Shown: positions 1 to 8,265 of the stretch, in pieces | How the letters are laid out: each line of letters starts with the position of its first letter | Numbering within the stretch: the stretch's first letter is position 1 | The notes under the pieces: generated by a model | What the model was told of the DNA's origin: nothing | What the model saw: only the letters and a program-made list of their open reading frames with translations | The model's database searches: none | Position numbers and translations under genes: made by a program | DNA from: Zestosphaera tikiterensis | Lineage (GTDB): Archaea; Thermoproteota; Thermoprotei_A; Sulfolobales; NBVN01 | Assembly (NCBI GenBank): GCA_003056265.1 | Contig: NBVN01000001.1 | Coordinates: 1-32,000 of the forward strand | DNA: 32,000 nucleotides | Direction: 5' to 3'

Positions 1-221
1 ACCGGGGTTAAGCTCGAGAGGAGTATTGAGGCGATCGTTAACGTAGTCAGTGAAACCCCACTCCATAACCACATCGAGTAGTCCAACCTAGTTAAGTATT
101 CGTAGTAGTCCTTAGGTGGGGTAGGGTCTTCAACTACTAGCTTCCCCTCCCTAACCAGCTTATAGAGCTCGACAAGCTCCTTAAGCTTCCTACCCCTTAT
201 AAACTCCTCAACAGTCTTCAA
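1..221 (-). CDS. Partial CDS (first 73 codons; continues beyond the left window edge): predicted membrane protein with a short winged-helix-like N-terminus followed by a TM helix
   Basis: Absent from the ORF track because it runs off the window. Minus strand from TTG 221..219 reads LKTVEEFIRGRKLKELVELYKLVREGKLVVEDPTPPKDYYEYLTRLDYSMWLWSGVSLTTLTIASILLSSLTP and stays open to position 1. An in-frame TGA at 239..237 makes TTG 221 the only possible start. It overlaps the TGA stop (220..218) of the preceding ORF as TTGA, a typical coupled stop/start. Confidence 0.45.
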   Translation of the reverse strand, partial: MKTVEEFIRGRKLKELVELYKLVREGKLVVEDPTPPKDYYEYLTRLDYSMWLWSGVSLTTLTIASILLSSLTP

Positions 222-718
222 GGGAGCGGCACCCCCTCAACCCTCACGTGTAGGTGAACCCACCTACCCGTATATACCCACTTACCACCTCCCGTATCGT
301 AAATCCACAACTCGAAAATCAACGTCGCGTTCCCACCGATTAAAGCGGGGTTCGCCGGTATAGGTATTGAAGCTCTTAATAACGCCTCCTCGCCATGGTT
401 TAAAACTACCGTGTAGTTCCAGAGGGCCGGCGCCGTACTTGAGGTGGTGTTCGTTGGTAAGGTGTCTTTAGAGCCGAACCTATAGACGATCATGTAAGCT
501 TCAGGCCGCCCCATATTATTGAATACGTAGAGGCAGAGAGGAAGTTTCTCACCGATTAAAACGAATGTTGGGTAATCACCGATCTTACAGTCCTCGTTTA
601 ACAGCCCTACGGCGTTAAAAGGTTCAATACGTTGAAATTCTTGAGCTGCTGTGAAGACGCTCGCCACAACTATTAAAGCAGTTAAAACGGCGAAAACCTC
701 GTCATCAAGTAGATCCAC
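218..718 (-). CDS. Hypothetical membrane-anchored exported protein; the beta-rich domain resembles the ectodomain of archaeal DUF1616 proteins
   Basis: ORF track gives 218..781. I prefer GTG 718..716: GGAGGAGGTG (minus strand, 736..727) lies 8 nt upstream, and the overlap with the upstream stop (705) drops to 14 nt. One TM helix (FAVLTALIVVASVFTAAQ) is followed by LLNEDCKIGDYPTFVLIGEKLPLCLYVFNNMGRPEAYMIVY. The family resemblance is from memory only. Confidence 0.55.
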   Translation of the reverse strand: MDLLDDEVFAVLTALIVVASVFTAAQEFQRIEPFNAVGLLNEDCKIGDYPTFVLIGEKLPLCLYVFNNMGRPEAYMIVYRFGSKDTLPTNTTSSTAPALWNYTVVLNHGEEALLRASIPIPANPALIGGNATLIFELWIYDTGGGKWVYTGRWVHLHVRVEGVPLP

Positions 719-1130
719 GAACAACCCACCTCCTCCTAACTTTAAACCATAGGTATGCGTAAAGCCTGGGGAAGAAGACATAGAAAGCTAGCGGGATTAA
801 CAACGTAACACCAACCCTAAAATACTTAGCTAGGGTTAACAACACATAACGCGTATCAGCACCCGCCTCAGCTTTAGAAACCTCATAATCAAGGCTTTTC
901 AAGAGTGCTTCAGCCTCACTTAACTTACCGTCTTGAATCAACGCTAGGGAGGTGTTTAACGCGTGGACGTATTGAGTTACGTTAACACCTTTAACGCTTA
1001 GTTCCTGAACCCTACGCAGTAAATCCATAGCCTTACTCATTAGGGATTGGCTATCGATTTGAGCTACTGCGACATACGTAGAGGTAAGTAAAGCCGTTAG
1101 GAGAGCTAAAGCTGCGAACCTTCGAATCAT
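705..1130 (-). CDS. Hypothetical secreted, C-terminally anchored protein
   Basis: ATG start. Signal-peptide-like N-terminus (MIRRFAALALLTALLTSTYVAVAQ), helical middle, and a C-terminal TM helix followed by a basic tail (KVRRRW). No family recognised. Confidence 0.6.
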   Translation of the reverse strand: MIRRFAALALLTALLTSTYVAVAQIDSQSLMSKAMDLLRRVQELSVKGVNVTQYVHALNTSLALIQDGKLSEAEALLKSLDYEVSKAEAGADTRYVLLTLAKYFRVGVTLLIPLAFYVFFPRLYAYLWFKVRRRWVVRGST

Positions 1131-1134
1131 ATCG

Positions 1135-1340
1135 CAACACCGTTTGACCCTACCGCTTCATTTTATTTAAAACTGTTGCGTTCTGTGTCTGTGGTAGGGA
1201 CTTCCACCTCGTCCATAGTAGTTTCTTAACCACTATGGGGTCATGGGCGGCTGTCGAGGGTAACGGCATGACCCTCCCATCTATGTTTTGATCACTCCTA
1301 CCTAGGCTTGGAGCATCGCTCCCATCGCCTAGGTAGGCTT
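1135..1340 (-). ncRNA. Candidate TnpB guide RNA scaffold (omega-RNA / reRNA) overlapping the tnpB 3' end
   Basis: Two strong inverted repeats lie inside the last ~190 nt of tnpB. GGGTCATG (1238-1245) pairs with CATGACCC (1267-1274). A nested hairpin is formed by TACCTAGGC (1299-1307) with GCCTAGGTA (1327-1335), enclosing GGAGC (1310-1314) with GCTCC (1318-1322). Known TnpB omega-RNAs are encoded across the tnpB 3' end and the IS right end. The extent given is a guess. Confidence 0.35.
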
Positions 1341-2463
1341 TTATTAGGAGGTTCCAACACGCAACTACGTCTCTATGCCATAGTTCCCCACCTTTACTAC
1401 ACTTACCAATCCTAGTGTTGTTGTTATAGCGTATTTTAACCTTATGTATTGGGCAAGTCTTTGATGTGTTCTTAGGGTTGACGTATATTATCGGGATTCC
1501 ATATTCTTTAGCTTTCTTCTCTATAGCTTTCTGAATGCCTTTGAAAGATGCTTGAAATATCCTATGTCTTAGTTGGTCGTTCTTAATCTTTTTAATCATG
1601 CTCTCGGCAGGTTTCTCACCGAGATCTTCTAGCACGATGGCGTATTGCTTTTCGTATGCTGCTCTAACGATTATGTTTGCTATCTTCAACTTAACATCGT
1701 TCTTTCTATACCTTTCCTTAAGTTTCTTAAATATCTTCCTCTTAATTCTAGATCTCTTGCCGTAGAGCTTATCGTATTTTTTCTGGACTCTCTTCCTACG
1801 GTAGTAATACCCAAGAACAACATCCTTCATATTAGTTTCAAATAGGTAGGCAACGCCATTAACCAACATCGCTAAGCTGTTCTCGTTAACGTCTATAGGG
1901 ATGAAGCCTCTGTGCTTATATTTATTAACGTCTTTAACGAAGGTTAGGTATATTACGAGTTGTTTGTTTCTTTTATTGAGTTTAACCTTGGCTTCACTGG
2001 ATAGTACCCACCCACGGTTGACGTACTTCCAGTACTGCTTATGAGATTCAATGTCTATCGTTATCCATCCTTTATGGGTTGCTATGTTAATGGATGTATA
2101 CCCATCGCATCTCCATAGGTGGTCGTCTAACCATATGGTGATGTTTTTAATTTCTGGGTATTCCTTTTCAGCTATTCCTTCCTTCTTCAACTTCAGGAAG
2201 CTTTTAACTCTAGTACTGGCGTCCTGACATGCTGTGTAGATGTAATGCGTTGGTAGTTGTGGATATAGATTCCTCACCCCACCATACTTCAACGCCTTCA
2301 ACTTAGTGAAACTCCTAACACCATTAGAAACAGCATACATAACCAACTGCTCAACTATATTACGATACATACCTTCAAGCTCAACAAAAACCTTAAACAC
2401 TCTCTTAGGAAGTCTAACACTCCTAACAACAACGGTTCTCGCTACTCTAACCACTCCCCCCAA
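1150..2463 (-). CDS. tnpB: IS607/IS200-IS605-type accessory protein TnpB (OrfB; RuvC-like RNA-guided endonuclease homologue)
   Basis: 437 aa. RuvC-like motifs are in the expected order: IPIDVNENS (Asp), AIVLEDLG (Glu), HRDVVACWNL (Asp). A Cys/His cluster (TCPIHKV...GKCSKGGELWH) lies between the last two. The TTG start overlaps the tnpA stop. Confidence 0.9.
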   Translation of the reverse strand: MGGVVRVARTVVVRSVRLPKRVFKVFVELEGMYRNIVEQLVMYAVSNGVRSFTKLKALKYGGVRNLYPQLPTHYIYTACQDASTRVKSFLKLKKEGIAEKEYPEIKNITIWLDDHLWRCDGYTSINIATHKGWITIDIESHKQYWKYVNRGWVLSSEAKVKLNKRNKQLVIYLTFVKDVNKYKHRGFIPIDVNENSLAMLVNGVAYLFETNMKDVVLGYYYRRKRVQKKYDKLYGKRSRIKRKIFKKLKERYRKNDVKLKIANIIVRAAYEKQYAIVLEDLGEKPAESMIKKIKNDQLRHRIFQASFKGIQKAIEKKAKEYGIPIIYVNPKNTSKTCPIHKVKIRYNNNTRIGKCSKGGELWHRDVVACWNLLIKAYLGDGSDAPSLGRSDQNIDGRVMPLPSTAAHDPIVVKKLLWTRWKSLPQTQNATVLNKMKR

Positions 2464-3022
2464 CCTCCTCTAGGAGCTTTTTGAAGCCTTCGACAAGCCT
2501 CTTCTTCCTGTGGCTCCTTAACCCGCAGAGCTTGCCTGCAAATGAGGTAACTATGGCAAGTAAGTCTTCTACGAGCTCTTGGTGAGCATCCCTGGGCTCC
2601 TCACCGTAGACGACCTCTATCCTTACACCATACTGCTTGAAGAAGTACTCTAGGTACTCGAAACCGAAGCGGGTTAACCTGTCCCTGTATGCAACGACTA
2701 CAATGTCTACTTGCCTATTGACCACGTAGTTGAAGAGCTTTGTTAATCCTCTACGGCTAGTCTTAAGACCGCTAGCTACATCGCTGAGAACATCCACGAC
2801 TCTATAACCTTTGGCGGAGCAGTATTGTGTGAGGTGCTGTATCTGCCTCTCTAAATCGTTTCTCTGGTCTGAGGAACTAACACGGGCATAGATAACTGCT
2901 CTAACTTCCTTAACCTCGACTCTACCACCTATTATCCTCTCTACTTCGCTCTCAGGTATCATCCACCTACCAGTAGGAGTCATAACAGCCCTAATCCTAC
3001 CAGAATAAATCCACCTCTTCAA
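2447..3022 (-). CDS. tnpA: IS607-family serine recombinase TnpA (MerR-like HTH plus resolvase catalytic domain); the true 5' end is probably upstream of 3022
   Basis: AVIYARVSSSDQ (catalytic Ser motif) and VVVAYRDRLTRFG are typical of resolvase-type recombinases. The HTH coding sequence (LLPLREACRRLGISFITLKRWIYSGRIRAV) starts upstream of the annotated TTG. The frame is open to 3088 but has no canonical start there (see findings). Confidence 0.85.
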   Translation of the reverse strand: MKRWIYSGRIRAVMTPTGRWMIPESEVERIIGGRVEVKEVRAVIYARVSSSDQRNDLERQIQHLTQYCSAKGYRVVDVLSDVASGLKTSRRGLTKLFNYVVNRQVDIVVVAYRDRLTRFGFEYLEYFFKQYGVRIEVVYGEEPRDAHQELVEDLLAIVTSFAGKLCGLRSHRKKRLVEGFKKLLEEVGGSG

Positions 3023-3124
3023 AGTAATGAAGCTAATACCGAGGCGCCTACACGCTTCTCTTAGCGGCAGTAGCTTCTCAGTCGTTCGTCATTCCTCAAT
3101 ATAAAAAGATATAGTTTGAAATAT

Positions 3125-5569
3125 TTAAAAGTTTCTGTCCCCCACGTAAGCGTGCGTAAACCCAACACCGCTAAGCACGTATATCAGGTAGGAAGCCCAG
3201 GTGGACGTTGCCTTACCGTGTATGAGGATGTAACGCCTGGGTGGTTTAATACCTACGTTGAGTAAGGCTTGAACTAACTCCCTACTGCTTGAGGCTAGGT
3301 AAGTAAGTAAAGCGTTGAAAGGCTTTAAATCCATTGCTTTAGATATGAACTCAACCTCCTCAGGGCGTAAGTACCTATTAAGCGATTCATACTCGTATAA
3401 AACCTCAAGAGGGCTTCCCCTTAAAGTTCTGTAGAGGAGCTCCAACACGCCAACGGCGTTACCGCTTAAAACCGCTACGTAACCACCTAAAACAAGCACT
3501 ACGTCTAAAGATGCTTCAGGATCTGATGAAGTCCTCTCAACAACGTGATGCAGTAGGTTAGCTAGGAGGGCGTCTAACTCCCTTGAGCTCGTAGCAGTTA
3601 AGTTAACTATTAAGAAAGCCTCCCCTCCACCAGCTCCGCCGCCACCTCCCTGCGATTCCGAAGCTGTAACATACTCTTTAGAGACGAACCTCAACATGCT
3701 CAATGTCTTCTTCCAGTGAAGGTCTCTAAACGTATCGCCAGGCTCAAACTCCCTAACGCCTGCGTACTCACCGGTCCTCCACTTAACCTCACCGCTGATC
3801 TCCACATACTCCTCAATTAACTTCTTGAGGAAGCTAACAACGCCACCGTCAACCCCGACTTCTTTAAACGCTTTAACTAAAGCCACTAACTCCTCATCAG
3901 AAACCGGAACTAACTTCCCGCTTAACTCATCCATCCTCATCAACGCGGCAATAGAGATCGCTGCGTGGATATCGCCTAACCCAACCCCCGCAAGTAACGC
4001 TTTAGCTCTAGCTAACAACCTAGAAGTTAATGGAAGCGCGTTAAACTCGAAGTTGAAGACCCCCACCTCCTTAAAGGCTAAGCCGCTTAAGTCAGTTACT
4101 GAAACCGTAGCTAAAAACCTATTTAAACCTACATGCTCAACAACTACGTCAAACCATACGACGTCGTCCGGGTTAACAACCTTCTCAACCTTAGCAGGGC
4201 CTTCAACAAAACACTTAAGAGGTTTAGAAGCTTTAACGAGTAACCCAACCCTAACTGAAGACCCTACATACACCTCGTTAGGAACGTTAAGAACCTCAAT
4301 AGAGACATTCCTTAACGACGTGATGTAAGTAACTACAGACAGCAACGTAAAAAACACTGCTGCGGAAGCCAAACCAACTATGAGGTATGGATTTATAATA
4401 GCTGTTAATGCGTTAATCGCTTGAAGAGTTAAAGTTGAGGCGGATGTAAAGCCTAAGAACCCGTAACCTCTACCAACCCTTAAAGACTTAACTAAGAGCG
4501 TGAGAGTAGTGAGGTACGTCAACACGTAGGCTAAGTTTAAACCTACGGCTACGTAGGACATCGCTAAAGATAAGGCTGTAAATACGTTTAAGTTTATGAA
4601 CGCCGCCGCAATTAACGCAGGGCAGGGGATTAGATATGCTGGATTTAAAGAAACGTATGACGTGATTATGTAGGGAATTAACGCGACGGTTAAGTAAGCA
4701 AGTTTATAACGGGTTTTAAACCTCTTTAAATCGACGTTTTTTGAAACCCACATGTAGGTGAGTGCCGTTGAAACGATCAAAACGCTTAAGTGACTTAATA
4801 ACGTGGGTTTACTTGCGGTCCAGAGGTATAGGTAAAGCTTAACTCTATCAAACCAACTTAAGTTGATGGTGTTAACGTAGATAGCGTAAGCACCGCCAAC
4901 TCCTAAACCACTTAAGAACTTTATATTATCTAACGTAGTTACGTACTCATTCATGAAGAACGTGGGCGAAGGTATAAGAACCACAGACCCGTTGCCGACT
5001 CTCCAACCGATTAAGACTGCGTAGGAACCCATCGGGTCGTAAACGTCGTAGAAACCGTTGCCGTCTGTATCAACGTACGCGTATTTAGAGGTCTCAGCCA
5101 TGAAGTCCGCCGCGGTACGTATTTCCACATACGTAACGTTCGAAACAACCACGTTGAAGTCCTTTACCTTAGTTTTAATAACCCACCTGTAGTTGAAGGC
5201 CGTCACTTCATCCAACACCTGCTTGCCGTGGAAGACTACGTCAATGCCTAACCCAGATAGGAAAGTTTTTGAATAGCCTTGAGAATCGCTTACAACAACT
5301 ACGGAACCGCATCTAACGAAATTCGTTAAGGACTTAACCTCATCTTCAGTAAGCCCTCTCTGCAGTATTAGAAATAGTGTTGAACCGCATTTCAAATTAC
5401 TTAAGTCGTTGAGTAAGTCAGCTTTAAACTCTTCGAAGACGGAGCTTATGCCATATACACCGCTATTCCAAGGGCTGTAAGGCGTTGATGACGGAATATA
5501 TATCAAACCTGAAAGTATCGTAAGTACTAAGGCGAAGAACATCGACAGCACTATAGCGTAAGACCTCAT
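3125..5569 (-). CDS. Large membrane protein: N-terminal exported DUF4350-like domain, multi-TM block, C-terminal cytoplasmic DUF58 (VWA-like) module
   Basis: 814 aa, ATG start in an ATGA overlap with the upstream gene. The N-terminal signal anchor is followed by STLFLILQRGLTEDEVKSLTNFVRCGSVVVVSD (DUF4350-like). Many hydrophobic helices span roughly residues 250-420. The DUF58 signature REFEPGDTFRDLHWKKT is encoded around 3705-3760. Confidence 0.8.
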   Translation of the reverse strand: MRSYAIVLSMFFALVLTILSGLIYIPSSTPYSPWNSGVYGISSVFEEFKADLLNDLSNLKCGSTLFLILQRGLTEDEVKSLTNFVRCGSVVVVSDSQGYSKTFLSGLGIDVVFHGKQVLDEVTAFNYRWVIKTKVKDFNVVVSNVTYVEIRTAADFMAETSKYAYVDTDGNGFYDVYDPMGSYAVLIGWRVGNGSVVLIPSPTFFMNEYVTTLDNIKFLSGLGVGGAYAIYVNTINLSWFDRVKLYLYLWTASKPTLLSHLSVLIVSTALTYMWVSKNVDLKRFKTRYKLAYLTVALIPYIITSYVSLNPAYLIPCPALIAAAFINLNVFTALSLAMSYVAVGLNLAYVLTYLTTLTLLVKSLRVGRGYGFLGFTSASTLTLQAINALTAIINPYLIVGLASAAVFFTLLSVVTYITSLRNVSIEVLNVPNEVYVGSSVRVGLLVKASKPLKCFVEGPAKVEKVVNPDDVVWFDVVVEHVGLNRFLATVSVTDLSGLAFKEVGVFNFEFNALPLTSRLLARAKALLAGVGLGDIHAAISIAALMRMDELSGKLVPVSDEELVALVKAFKEVGVDGGVVSFLKKLIEEYVEISGEVKWRTGEYAGVREFEPGDTFRDLHWKKTLSMLRFVSKEYVTASESQGGGGGAGGGEAFLIVNLTATSSRELDALLANLLHHVVERTSSDPEASLDVVLVLGGYVAVLSGNAVGVLELLYRTLRGSPLEVLYEYESLNRYLRPEEVEFISKAMDLKPFNALLTYLASSSRELVQALLNVGIKPPRRYILIHGKATSTWASYLIYVLSGVGFTHAYVGDRNF

Positions 5570-7332
5570 TTAAACCACCTAAGGATTTCCTCATACGCTT
5601 TCTTTAAGTTCCGTAATTCAGGCTTGCTTCGGGAGTAGAGATACTGCTCGTAAACTAAGATAAACCTCCATAAACTACTTGATACAGCACCTAAAGTTTT
5701 TGAAGCTCTGAAGTAATACTCCCTTAACGTCTCACTTATCGTAGGTGGTTCAACATACCTACTTAAGAAAGCAATTAAGCTACGGTACATCGTTGTAAAG
5801 GACTCAACAACCAACCCCCCACCTCTTAAGCCTAAACCCCTCAACGTCTTTGAAACTCCCTCAAAATACGTAATTAAACCTTGAGTTGAGGCGTTAATTA
5901 GCAGGAGGGAGGTCGTCAATAGAGTTAAGGCTGTGACAAAGTTAATGGAATAAACACTCAAAGAAATCGACGCGGTTGAGTACTGAGGGTCTGAAGGGAT
6001 AACCTCAACAGTAACTGAAGAAAGTCCGGCTAGGAAAACCCCATCGAGGGGGATGTTAATAGAGTTAAGTGTATTGCTTGAAACCCTCGCTTCAAGTAGG
6101 ACACGCACCCCACTCCTCACAACAACTCTAGATTCGTTGAGTTCCCTACCCAGCCTTAAATATAGGGGGGCAGTGAAGGGCGGGCCGACCACAACTTGAG
6201 GTAAGCCAACGAAGACTTTAGGGGTTAACCCGGAAATGGTGAAGGTTAAGACGTTCTTCAACGGTAAATACCTTCCTTTAGGAAGGACTTCAGCAACCAA
6301 CGCGTAATTACCTTCTTCTAAGGCGCTGGTGTTTAATACGTAAGTTCGAACCCCAGCAAACACAGTTAAGGTTTCGCTAACGTTCGTAAACTCACCCCCA
6401 GCTTTAAGGACTTCAACTTTAATCGTTAGAGGTACTTCAGCTTCAGACTCGATAGTTAAGCTTAAGTTGCTGCCGGGTTTAATACTAGACGGCATTCTAA
6501 AGTTGATTGGGGGTTTCTCAGCTTTAACGAGTATAGGCTTCTTAACTATAGCGTAGAATTCTAAGCCGTTTAAACTTCCTGTTAAAGCAACCTCCACAGT
6601 AAGCCGGTTCTCAACATCGCTGTAGATTCGCGATTCAGTACTGGGTAACGTCACGTTAATTGTAAGCTTATCGACGTGCTTACCTACGGAAATCGTTGAG
6701 GCGTTAACAACAGCTGCTGAAGTTTTAAGTAGTATATGCACGTTCTCCACGTAGATTTCTTGAGGTAGGTAAACACTTAAAGGGATTGTTTCCCCGGCCC
6801 AAACCTCATCTACAGACTCTAAAACCACCCTCAACGAAGTTGTGTTTACCCTCTTTAATGCTTCATTAATTAACCTCTCCAGCTTAAGGCTTAAACCGCT
6901 TAAGCTCTGCTCCATAGCCTTCGACAACTCAGCTCTTGTTTGCGGGTTAACAACTCGACTTACTAACCCCCTACCGTACGTAGGTATTAAGGACTCAGCC
7001 TCCATCTTAAGCCTGTAAACCCTGTAAATCAACTCGGTAGTTACGTTTAAGCCGTTGGCGGAGGTGTTTAGTAATATATTCAACTCCTTAATTAAGCTCC
7101 AGACCTTCACGTGTTGATAGCTTAAGTCCTGCGGGACTTTAACGTTTAAAGCCGCGTCAGCAGTTGAAATAACGGATTCGTAGTTTCCAACGTACATTTC
7201 AGATAACGCGTTGATCAACATAATGGTGAGCGGTCCCGAATCAAACCTATACTCTTCAGAGTACGTTGGGGTAAGCGTGAAGAAAACTGTTAAGACGAGG
7301 ATCAACACCGCAAGCGTTACGTAGCGTTTCAT
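5566..7332 (-). CDS. Membrane protein with a large beta-rich ectodomain and a C-terminal DUF4129-like cytoplasmic tail
   Basis: 588 aa. Signal anchor (YVTLAVLILVLTVFFTL), long V/T/S-rich ectodomain, TM helix (FVTALTLLTTSLLLI), then a tail with TISETLREYY...FILVYEQYLYSR that resembles DUF4129. ATGA overlaps at both ends. Confidence 0.7.
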   Translation of the reverse strand: MKRYVTLAVLILVLTVFFTLTPTYSEEYRFDSGPLTIMLINALSEMYVGNYESVISTADAALNVKVPQDLSYQHVKVWSLIKELNILLNTSANGLNVTTELIYRVYRLKMEAESLIPTYGRGLVSRVVNPQTRAELSKAMEQSLSGLSLKLERLINEALKRVNTTSLRVVLESVDEVWAGETIPLSVYLPQEIYVENVHILLKTSAAVVNASTISVGKHVDKLTINVTLPSTESRIYSDVENRLTVEVALTGSLNGLEFYAIVKKPILVKAEKPPINFRMPSSIKPGSNLSLTIESEAEVPLTIKVEVLKAGGEFTNVSETLTVFAGVRTYVLNTSALEEGNYALVAEVLPKGRYLPLKNVLTFTISGLTPKVFVGLPQVVVGPPFTAPLYLRLGRELNESRVVVRSGVRVLLEARVSSNTLNSINIPLDGVFLAGLSSVTVEVIPSDPQYSTASISLSVYSINFVTALTLLTTSLLLINASTQGLITYFEGVSKTLRGLGLRGGGLVVESFTTMYRSLIAFLSRYVEPPTISETLREYYFRASKTLGAVSSSLWRFILVYEQYLYSRSKPELRNLKKAYEEILRWFK

Positions 7333-7604
7333 GACGGCATCGCCAGCAGCCTATATCCCAATATCTCTAAAACTCTAACGGCGACTATAAACGCGAACAC
7401 AGCGATTAACACTATGTCCACGAGCCTTAAATTTGAAGCCTCCCTAATAGAGGGTAGGATCGTTGTCGATATGAAGTATGTGAGGATAGCTATAGAGACG
7501 TACGCGTCGATTCTAGACTCCCCTAGAATCGTTAACGAGCTTATAGCGATTGTATGGATTGCTACGTATATTATTAAATCTCTAAACAGCCCCTTCAGCC
7601 TCAA
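7329..7604 (-). CDS. Small integral membrane protein (about 3 TM helices), operon member
   Basis: 91 aa, TTG start. Overlaps the upstream ORF by 23 nt and the downstream ATG by 4 nt. Strongly hydrophobic. No family recognised. Confidence 0.55.
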   Translation of the reverse strand: MRLKGLFRDLIIYVAIHTIAISSLTILGESRIDAYVSIAILTYFISTTILPSIREASNLRLVDIVLIAVFAFIVAVRVLEILGYRLLAMPS

Positions 7605-8265
7605 CCACCTTCAGCCTAACCCTATAAAGTCCTTCAACGAACTCCTGCTTAGTGACTGCGACCCCCTTCCTTAAATATGAGGTTATGTAAGCAGGTAAGA
7701 GGACTTGAACGGGGTTTAAAGGCCTCCACCCACCGCTAATTAAATCCTTTCTTACACCTCTTAACTCAACGACTAACTCGCCTGCCTCCTCCTTAACACT
7801 TACCGCGTTAGCTATACCGAACTTCGTTAAAGCAGCTTCTAAATCCTCGGCTTCAACCGTTAGGTTATTTAAGCTAAAAGCTATGTAGGGAACTCCCTTG
7901 ACAACCCCTAGACCTGGGGAGACGTCTGAACACGGTAGCATACTCTTCGAGAAGATCACGTATGTCACACCGTCTTTAAAGCATGTCCGCATCACTACCT
8001 CGTTTATAAGGCCTAAATCCTCGTAAACTTTAATAAGCGCTGAAGAAAGTAGTTTGCTGTAGTTATTTAACGCTTCGCTTAAGGGATCGCTATACGTCAG
8101 GCCTAAAGTAGCTAGGGTTAAGCCTAAAACGAGGGTGGAGAGTGAAACCCCAGCTAACGAATTATTTGAGGTTATCAACCCATATATGGTGAAACCTACG
8201 GAGATTATCGTAACCCCCACACCTAACGTTACTAAGCGGGTGTCCATTGACTGACGGCACCCCAT
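7582..8265 (-). CDS. Membrane-anchored protein (2 N-terminal TM helices plus a soluble domain), operon member
   Basis: 227 aa. ATG at 8265 or ATG at 8247 (MDTRLV...) are both possible. Either overlaps the upstream stop at 8232. No family recognised. Confidence 0.6.
   Translation of the reverse strand: MGCRQSMDTRLVTLGVGVTIISVGFTIYGLITSNNSLAGVSLSTLVLGLTLATLGLTYSDPLSEALNNYSKLLSSALIKVYEDLGLINEVVMRTCFKDGVTYVIFSKSMLPCSDVSPGLGVVKGVPYIAFSLNNLTVEAEDLEAALTKFGIANAVSVKEEAGELVVELRGVRKDLISGGWRPLNPVQVLLPAYITSYLRKGVAVTKQEFVEGLYRVRLKVVEAEGAV

Larger units (their letters stand above)
1131..3124 (-). mobile_element. IS607-family insertion sequence (tnpA serine recombinase plus tnpB). Ends are not mapped; they must lie within 1131-1149 and about 3093-3124
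   Basis: Overlapping tnpA/tnpB pair (17-nt overlap) of the IS607 type. It occupies the whole interval between the stop of the DUF58-fusion gene (3125) and the ATG of the next operon gene (1130). I could not recognise terminal repeats by eye. Confidence 0.8.

Noticed and set aside
3621-3660. Gly-rich run (GGGGGAGGG) in the DUF58 module as a possible frameshift hotspot or assembly artefact
   Set aside because: The reading frame and flanking DUF58-like sequence are continuous across it, consistent with a flexible linker. It is noted within the operon finding instead.
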